DNA from: Planctomycetota bacterium
GTDB taxonomy: Bacteria > Planctomycetota > UBA1135 > UBA2386
Direction: 5' to 3'
Assembly (NCBI GenBank): GCA_965228735.1
Contig: OZ245838.1
Span: forward strand, 5,088,001 to 5,152,000
Length of the DNA stretch: 64,000 bases
Position 1 is the stretch's first letter, and every line of letters begins with the position of its first letter. Positions 57,314 to 64,000 of this stretch are shown in pieces. Under the pieces are notes generated by a model. The model was given only the letters and a program-made list of their open reading frames with translations. It did no database searches and was not told where the DNA came from. A program made the position numbers and the translations under genes.

Positions 57314-58501
57314 ATGTCGCGCCAAAACTCCCGCAATCGCCTGATCGAGGGCCTGAGAGCGCGCTTTCAGCGAGAGTTCGGCGCGGCCGACCCGCGGGTG
57401 TTCTTCGCTCCGGGCCGGATCAACCTGCTGGGCGCGCACCTCGACTACAGCGGCGGCGACGTGCTGCCCATGGGCATCGATCGCGGCCTCTATTGTGCCG
57501 CCAAGCTTCGCTCCGACGGGCAGTTGCGGCTGCGGAGCCTCGATTTGGACGAGGCCGTCGACGTCCACGAGGACGACCTCGGGCGGCACCGGACGCCCGC
57601 GCACGGTTGGGCGGGCTATCCGCTGGGCGTGTGGCAGGGCTTCCGGCAGCGGACCGGCGTGCAGGGTGGGATGGACATCGTCTTCGCCGGCGACCTGCCG
57701 ATGGCCTCGGGGCTGTCCTCGTCCGCTGCGATCGAAGTCGCGACCGGCCTCGCGCTGGACGCGCTGCACGGCACCGGCCTGTCGCGCCAGGACCTCGCGA
57801 CGATCGCGCACGCGGCCGAGACCGGCTTCGTCGGCGTGCGCTGCGGCATCATGGATCAGTTCGCCTCGGCGCTGGCCCGGCCTGGCCACGTGCTGCTGCT
57901 GCACTGCGCGGGACCGACGTATCAGCACGTGCCGTTCGACGGCGAGGCCTGCGAGGTGCTCGTCATGGACAGCAAGAAGCCGCGCGAACTCGCCAAATCG
58001 GGGTTCAACGAGCGCGTCGCCGAGTGCGCCTCCGCGCTCGAGATCCTGCGCACGCACGTGCGCGACCTGCCGTACCTCGCGGCCTGCACCGTCGAGGACC
58101 TGCTCGCCGCGGAGAACGTGCTCAGCGACGTGCTGTTCCGCCGCGCGCGTCACGTCGTCACCGAGATGCAGCGCATGGCCCGCGGCGCCGACGCGCTGCG
58201 CCAGCACGACTACGAGTGCCTCGGGCAGCAGACGAGCGACAGTCACCTGTCGGTCGCGACGGACTACGCGGTCAGTTGTGACGAACTGGACGAACTCTGC
58301 GACGCCGCGACGTCTCACGGCGCAGTGTTCGGCGCGCGCCTCACCGGCGCCGGGTTCGGCGGCTGCGCGATCGCGTTGCTGCAGGCCGGGGCAGCCGCAG
58401 ACGTGCAGGCGCGCGTGACCGAACGCTACGAAGCGCGGTTCGGCGTCACCCCGGGGTTCGACGTGCTCCGCATCGGCACGGGCCCGACCGAGATCGAGTG
58501 A
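57314..58501 (+). CDS. galK: Galactokinase
   Basis: APGRINLLGAHLDY, PMASGLSSSAA, CGIMDQ, GARLTGAGFGGC. Confidence 0.92.
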   Translation: MSRQNSRNRLIEGLRARFQREFGAADPRVFFAPGRINLLGAHLDYSGGDVLPMGIDRGLYCAAKLRSDGQLRLRSLDLDEAVDVHEDDLGRHRTPAHGWAGYPLGVWQGFRQRTGVQGGMDIVFAGDLPMASGLSSSAAIEVATGLALDALHGTGLSRQDLATIAHAAETGFVGVRCGIMDQFASALARPGHVLLLHCAGPTYQHVPFDGEACEVLVMDSKKPRELAKSGFNERVAECASALEILRTHVRDLPYLAACTVEDLLAAENVLSDVLFRRARHVVTEMQRMARGADALRQHDYECLGQQTSDSHLSVATDYAVSCDELDELCDAATSHGAVFGARLTGAGFGGCAIALLQAGAAADVQARVTERYEARFGVTPGFDVLRIGTGPTEIE

Positions 58502-58517
58502 ACCAGGTACCCAACCG

Positions 58518-59678
58518 CTACAGATACCGCGTCCAGGCGTGCCGGAAGCGGCGTTTGTACCAGTCGTAGCCGAGGCACAGCGGCCAGCACGCCGCGACGA
58601 CGTAGAGCGTCCCGAGCAACGACGTCCCCCATGAGCCTTCGCCGCGGGCCGGCAGCGCACCGCGGTTCATCAGCACGGCGATCATCGGCAGGTGCAGCAG
58701 GTAGTAGAACATCGGCACCCGGCCGAGCACGCCGAGCGGGTTCGCCGTCGGGATCTTCGCGAGCAGCGTTTCGCACTTCAGCAGCAGCGCGAGGATGAGG
58801 AACGCGAGGCCGAGCTCCATGCCGAGGAACGTGAGGCTCGGCGGATACTTGCTGCAGTGCAGCCATTCGACGAGCGCCCACGAGTGGCGCGGCAGGTCCT
58901 GGTTGCCGAACTCGTTGCCGGCGCGCAACGCGAGGAAGACGACGAGCGCGATCACGCCGAAGAGCGCGACCCGCTTCGGCGTCAGTCGATCCGCGGCGAG
59001 CAAGCGACCGAGCACGACGCCGAGCAGCATGACCGGCAGCCACGTGAGCAACGGATAGAAGCAGAGCACGGTGGGCAGGCCGGCGGGTGGTAGCTCCCAC
59101 CACCAGAGTCCTCCCGTCAGGCAGACCGTCTCGAGCAGGCTGCCCTGCTGTCCGAACACCGCGGGCGGCGTGAGCTCCGACCACAGCACGAGCGCCGCCG
59201 CGGCGCCGAGAACGACACCGGTCGGCAGTCGCCGAAAGAGCGGCATGAGCATGATGCTGCCGCCGATCGCCCAGAGCACGAGCGGGAACACGGGCGTCAG
59301 GCTCCACGGTTCCATGTCTTCGGCGTAACGCCAGCAGAGCGACAGCAGCGTGAGGTCGAGGAACGCGATGAGGGCGCCGCGCGCGATCAGATGCCGGTCC
59401 GTCGCGAGATGGGACGCGCCGCGCGCCTTCGCGTTCTGCGACGACAGCGCGATGCTCACCCCCGCGAGCATCACGAACGTCGGCGCACACAGGTGCGTGA
59501 GCCAGCGCACGAGGAAGTCCGGCTCGGACGCGACGGCGCCCGCGCCCGGAAACATCGCGCCGTCGCCCTGCGCGTGGTCCGGGTTGGTCGCCTGATCCAC
59601 GTGGTCGATCGCCATGAGGACCATGACGAGGCCGCGGAGCCAGTCGACCGCGACGAGGCGTGGGGCGGAAGCGGTCAT
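58518..59678 (-). CDS. DUF1624/HGSNAT-like membrane protein
   Basis: VDWLRGLVMVLMAIDH, RWLTHLCAP, KYPPSL, GRVPMFYYLLH. Confidence 0.88.
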   Translation of the reverse strand: MTASAPRLVAVDWLRGLVMVLMAIDHVDQATNPDHAQGDGAMFPGAGAVASEPDFLVRWLTHLCAPTFVMLAGVSIALSSQNAKARGASHLATDRHLIARGALIAFLDLTLLSLCWRYAEDMEPWSLTPVFPLVLWAIGGSIMLMPLFRRLPTGVVLGAAAALVLWSELTPPAVFGQQGSLLETVCLTGGLWWWELPPAGLPTVLCFYPLLTWLPVMLLGVVLGRLLAADRLTPKRVALFGVIALVVFLALRAGNEFGNQDLPRHSWALVEWLHCSKYPPSLTFLGMELGLAFLILALLLKCETLLAKIPTANPLGVLGRVPMFYYLLHLPMIAVLMNRGALPARGEGSWGTSLLGTLYVVAACWPLCLGYDWYKRRFRHAWTRYL

Positions 59679-59702
59679 GGCAGTAGGATCAGACGTCGCA
59701 CG

Positions 59703-60695
59703 ATGCGCGGCCTCTACATCGATCAGGGAAAGTTGACGCTGCGGGACGATCTGCCCGAGCCCGAGGCCCGGGCAGGCTGGTCGCGGGTGGCGGTCACGCG
59801 GGCGGGCATCTGCGCCACGGATCAGGCGTTGCTCGCGGGCTACATGGGGTTTGCGGGCGTGCCGGGGCACGAGTTCGTCGGCGTCGCGCTCGACGGCCCG
59901 TTCGCCGGCAAGCGGGTGGTCGGTGAGATCAACGCGGGCTGCGGCCGGTGCGCGCTCTGCCGCGCCGGGGACAGCCGGCATTGCAAGGACCGGACGGTGC
60001 TCGGGATCGCGGGTCTCGGCGGGGCGTTCGCCGAACGAATCGCGCTGCCGAACGCAAACCTGCTCGCCGTGCCGGACGGGGTGTCGGATGACGCGGCCAC
60101 GTTCACGGAGCCGCTCGCGGCGGCGCTCCACATTCGCGAGGACGTCGCGTGGACGACGCATCGGCGAGTGCTCGTGGTCGGCGACGGGAAGCTCGGTTTG
60201 CTTTGTGCCGCGGCGCTCGCATCCGGTGGCCATGACGTCACGCTCGTCGGGCGATCGCCGCGACGGGTCGGGCGGGCTGCGCTGCTCGGGCCGCCGTTCC
60301 AGTTCGTTTCGGGTTGGTTCGAGAACGACGCGAGCGCCCGGCAGGCCGCTGAGGAGGTCGACCCGTTCGACGTCGCGGTGGAGGCGTCGGGCAGCCCGGA
60401 TGTCCTCTCGCGGTTGCTGCCGTTCGTGCGGCCGCAGGGCGTCATCGTGCTCAAGACGACGACGGAGCGCGGTGCGCCGATCGATCTGAGTCCGCTCGTC
60501 GTCAACGAGCTTCGTCTGATCGGCTCGCGATGTGGGCGTTTCGAACCCGCGTTGTCCGCACTGTCGTGCGAGCGGATCGCGGTCGAGGCGCTGATCAGTG
60601 CGCGCTATCCATTGACCGAGGCGGCCGCGGCGTTCGAGCACGCGGGCCGCCGCGGGACTCTCAAGGTGCTGCTCGACATCGGGGAGAGCCCGTAG
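59703..60695 (+). CDS. Zinc-binding alcohol dehydrogenase (MDR family)
   Basis: GICATD, GHEFVG, CGRCALC..C, GDGKLG, GSRCG. Confidence 0.92.
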   Translation: MRGLYIDQGKLTLRDDLPEPEARAGWSRVAVTRAGICATDQALLAGYMGFAGVPGHEFVGVALDGPFAGKRVVGEINAGCGRCALCRAGDSRHCKDRTVLGIAGLGGAFAERIALPNANLLAVPDGVSDDAATFTEPLAAALHIREDVAWTTHRRVLVVGDGKLGLLCAAALASGGHDVTLVGRSPRRVGRAALLGPPFQFVSGWFENDASARQAAEEVDPFDVAVEASGSPDVLSRLLPFVRPQGVIVLKTTTERGAPIDLSPLVVNELRLIGSRCGRFEPALSALSCERIAVEALISARYPLTEAAAAFEHAGRRGTLKVLLDIGESP

Positions 60696-60822
60696 GCCGA
60701 GCCGGCCGTCGATCGCCGAACGCACCCGGACCGATTGCACCACGTTCGCATCGGCCTGACGTGCGGCATCGAAACAACCCAGGGGACTGGTCCACGTCGC
60801 GTGCTCGGCCGACAATCCCCGC

Positions 60823-62157
60823 ATGCCAGCGATCCGCCGCCTCGCCCTCGACCGCCGCACGTTCCTGCGCGGCTCGGCCACTGCTATGGCGTTGCCCTGG
60901 CTCGACGCGATGCGCCCCGCGTTGTCGCCGACGCCGGCGCAGCCGCGCCGCGCGCTGTTCATCTTCTCGCCCAACGGCGTCGACATGCCGCGTTGGCGGG
61001 TCGATGGCGAGGGCCCGAGCGCGGAGCTGAACGAAACGCTCGCGGCGCTGCGGCCGATGCAGGATCGCCTGACGGTGCTGACGCGGCTCGCGATCGACGG
61101 TGGGTTCTCCCACGGCGACGGCCCCGGCGATCACGCGCGCGCAGCCGGCTCGTTCCTCACGTGTGCGCATCCCAAGAAGACGGCGGGCGCGGACATCCAC
61201 ACGGGGGTGTCGGTCGATCAGTGGATCGCGGAGCACGTCGGCGGCGAGACCGTGCTGCCGTCGCTCGAGCTCGGCATGTCGCGCGGCCGCAGTGCCGGCA
61301 GCTGCGACTCGGGCTACTCGTGCGCCTACAGCTCGAACGTGAGCTGGCGCACGCCCACGACGCCGGTCACGAAAGAGACCGACCCGCGCGCGGTGTTCGG
61401 CCGGCTGTTCGGCGACCCCGCAATCGCGACCTCGCAGGCCGCGGCGCGCGTGCAGCGGGCCCGCGATCGGTCCGTGCTCGACCTCGTCCTCGCGGACGCG
61501 AAGTCGCTGCAGCGTGAGCTCGGTCGGCAGGACCGCGCGAAACTGGACGCCTACCTGCAAGCCGTTCGCGAGTTCGAGGTGCGGCTCGGCAAGCTCGACG
61601 ACGAGCAGCCCGAGGTCGACCTGCCCGACGGGCTCATGAGCGAGGACCGCACGTATCAACATCGCCTCGGGCTCATGTACGAGATCATCGCGCTCGCGTT
61701 CGCGAGTGACTCGACGCGGGTCTGCTCGTTCATGCTCGGCAATGCCGGCAGCAACCTGAGCTATCGATTCCTCGACGTGCCCGAAGGCCATCACAACCTG
61801 AGTCATCACGGCAAGGACGCGCACAAGCGCAAGCAGATCGCGCGCATCGATCGCTTCCAGCTCGAGCGTTTCACGGCGTTCCTGCAGCGGCTCGCGAGCG
61901 AAACGAGCGGCGACGGCGATCTGCTCTCGCAGTCGCTCGTCGTCTGGGGCTCGGGTATCGGCGACGGCAACCGCCACAACCACGACGATCTGCCCGTCAT
62001 CCTCGCGGGCGAGGGCGGTGGCGCCGCGAAGGGCCGCCGGCACGCCGCGTTCCCGCGCCGCACGCCGATGGCCAATCTGTATCTGTCGATCGCGCGCGCG
62101 ATGGGGCGCACGGACGAGTCGTTTGCGGACAGCACTGGTCCGTTGCCGCTGGCGTAG
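60823..62157 (+). CDS. DUF1552 domain protein
   Basis: Tat-like RRTFLRG...LPWLDAM; PNG, SVDQ, CDSGYSCAY, HHNLSHH, DGNRH..LPVILAG. Confidence 0.92.
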   Translation: MPAIRRLALDRRTFLRGSATAMALPWLDAMRPALSPTPAQPRRALFIFSPNGVDMPRWRVDGEGPSAELNETLAALRPMQDRLTVLTRLAIDGGFSHGDGPGDHARAAGSFLTCAHPKKTAGADIHTGVSVDQWIAEHVGGETVLPSLELGMSRGRSAGSCDSGYSCAYSSNVSWRTPTTPVTKETDPRAVFGRLFGDPAIATSQAAARVQRARDRSVLDLVLADAKSLQRELGRQDRAKLDAYLQAVREFEVRLGKLDDEQPEVDLPDGLMSEDRTYQHRLGLMYEIIALAFASDSTRVCSFMLGNAGSNLSYRFLDVPEGHHNLSHHGKDAHKRKQIARIDRFQLERFTAFLQRLASETSGDGDLLSQSLVVWGSGIGDGNRHNHDDLPVILAGEGGGAAKGRRHAAFPRRTPMANLYLSIARAMGRTDESFADSTGPLPLA

Positions 62158-62270
62158 AGGCGGCGCGTTGGCCTGTCTCGAAGGGAGCGACCGTCGCGGG
62201 CCGTCGGTGACCGCCGATCCGCGTTAGAATCGGCGTCCCGTTCCACCCGTCGACCCTCGAGAACCGAACG

Positions 62271-64000
62271 ATGACCCGCCTCCACTCCGCCGTGTTCACC
62301 GCGGCCCTGTTCGTCCCGCTCGCCGGCGCCTTCGCGCAGGGTGCGGCCACTGATGCGAGCACCACCCCGCGCGACACCCTGCGCGTCTTGCTCGTCGGCC
62401 ACGATCCCGCGAGTCCCAAGGTGCCGTTCCGGCAGCTCGCGAAGGAGCGCACGTTTCGCCTCTACCGCGAGCGCACCGCCGCGTTCGAGGCGCTGCTGCG
62501 CTACCACTTCGAGAACGTGGAGGTGGTCTACGGCGAGGACTACGTGCCGGCGATGTCCGAGACCGCCGATGTCACGATCTTCGACTGCCGACCGAAGGCG
62601 TTGAAAGAGGTCGTGCGCGAACCGAAGTATCGGCCCGCGGAGTACCTGCCGAGCGACTTCGATTCGCCCGCGATCCTCATCGCGGAGAACTCGCCGTGGA
62701 TCGGCGAGCCCGTCGGCAGCAAGTTCGACTGGCTTTGAATGTGTCTCGATGCCCACGCGCACGGGATGCGCGTCGACCACGAGATCTTCAAGACCCCGCA
62801 CGCCGTCGATCTGACCATCGAGGATCGGCCGACGCCGGCGGCCTACGGGCGGTATCACATGGGCGCGACGATGCCGATGTGGCGGGTGCAGACCGAGGGT
62901 TACCTCGAACGCAACGACATGCTCGTCGGCGTCGTGTCGAGCGACTCCGGCTTCCTCGACTCGCCCGACACCGAGTGGATCTCGGGCGGGGTGAACACCA
63001 AGCGACCCAAGGCGGTGGCGCTCGGGCGCCACGGCAACTTCTTCCACTGGGGTTTCGCCGCGTCGCCGACCTACATGACGGCCGAGGCCAAGCTCGTGTT
63101 CGTCAACGCGATCCACTACATCAGCAAGTTCGACGGCCAGGCGCCGATCGCGCGGCGCGAGCCCGGCGCGTCGACCCGTAACCGGATCGAGGACGCGCTC
63201 GCACGGATCTCGGAGAAGGGCTACGCCCGCGAGCTCGAGCAGCACCGCTACTTCGTCGAGCGCATCAAGGAACGCAACGCCGACATCCAGGCGCGGCTCG
63301 ATCGCGGCGAGGACGTCTCCGACACGGAGAAGCGCGTCCTGCAGAGTCGGGTGCCCGGGAAGCCCGGGCGCTTCGCCCCCGTGAAGCGCTACGTCGACGA
63401 CGAGGCGTGGTCCGAGATCCAGGACGACGAGGCCGCGATCCGACGCTACTTCGCGGAGCGGTTGCCGTTCATGCACAACGTGGGCCGCTACCAGCTCGGC
63501 GTCGACGAAGAACTGCGTGACTTCGGCGTCGGCAACGCGGACATCGCCCTGCTCGACCGCGCGGTCGCGGCGCTGCAGAGCGGCGAACGCGCCGACCTCG
63601 CGCGCAAGCTGCTCGAGCGCTACACCGACGAACGGTTCGAGACGGCGGGTGAGTGGGCTGCGTGGCTCGGTGCGAATCGCGAGCGGCTCTTCTTCACCGA
63701 GGTCGGCGGCTACAAGTGGCTCGTCGATACGACGGCGCCGCGATCGGCGAAGCCGTCGCGACAGGTGCGGGCGAGCGCGGCGCGCAAGATCGTCCTGGCC
63801 GACCGCGGCGATGCTGCGTCCGCGCCGACGAAGCTCGAACCGACTGGCGCCGACCCCGTCGTCGGCGCGGCGACGGTGCGCACGAAACAGGACGGCAAGC
63901 AGGAGGTCGTGCTGCGCGTCGCGATCCTCGACGGCTGGCACGGCTACCGCGACGTCCCCGACGGTTCGCCATACGTGCCGATGACCGTCGCGCTCGACCT
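62271..64000 (+). CDS. Putative exported selenoprotein (UxC motif) with a C-terminal DsbD-N-like domain; 3'-truncated by the window
   Basis: Signal peptide; in-frame TGA 62736-62738 in KFDWL-U-MCLDAHAH; frame stays open about 420 codons to the window end; SECIS-like hairpin follows. Confidence 0.8.
62744..62784 (+). promoter_or_regulatory. Candidate bacterial SECIS element
   Basis: Lower stem TCTCG/CGAGA, upper stem ACGCGCA/TGCGCGT, apical loop CGGGA starting 23 nt after TGA. Confidence 0.65.

Noticed and set aside
62739..64000. Independent gene starting at the ATG right after the TGA
   Set aside because: Not excluded but disfavoured: no SD, a Cys two codons after the TGA, a SECIS-like hairpin, and recalled homologues are continuous across this point.

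Overview
GC-rich bacterial chromosomal segment of about 50 genes. A Planctomycetota origin is inferred from the DUF1552 gene, the BlaI/M56 pair, the MoxR-DUF58-transglutaminase cluster and many large secreted proteins. Housekeeping and metabolic genes include glcD/E/F, gpmI, galK, a threonine ammonia-lyase, a Zn-dependent dehydrogenase and a DASS transporter. Main highlights: (1) a probable exported selenoprotein at the right edge, where an in-frame TGA sits in a DWL-U-M-C motif, a bacterial SECIS-like hairpin follows, and the frame stays open into a DsbD-N-like domain; (2) an apparently complete group II intron (1476-3467) with non-canonical U...GC ends, inserted in the loop of a REP-like palindrome, with perfect EBS1/IBS1 and EBS2/IBS2 pairings; (3) a BlaI/M56 module with two palindromic operators ahead of a secreted poly-Asp/His/Lys protein. 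Also present: an atypical Ser/Thr kinase, a pseudo-histidine kinase, an orphan N6-MTase, a frameshifted cupin and a small unannotated membrane ORF. No tRNA, rRNA or CRISPR array was recognised. All family assignments come from motif recognition by eye, not database searches.
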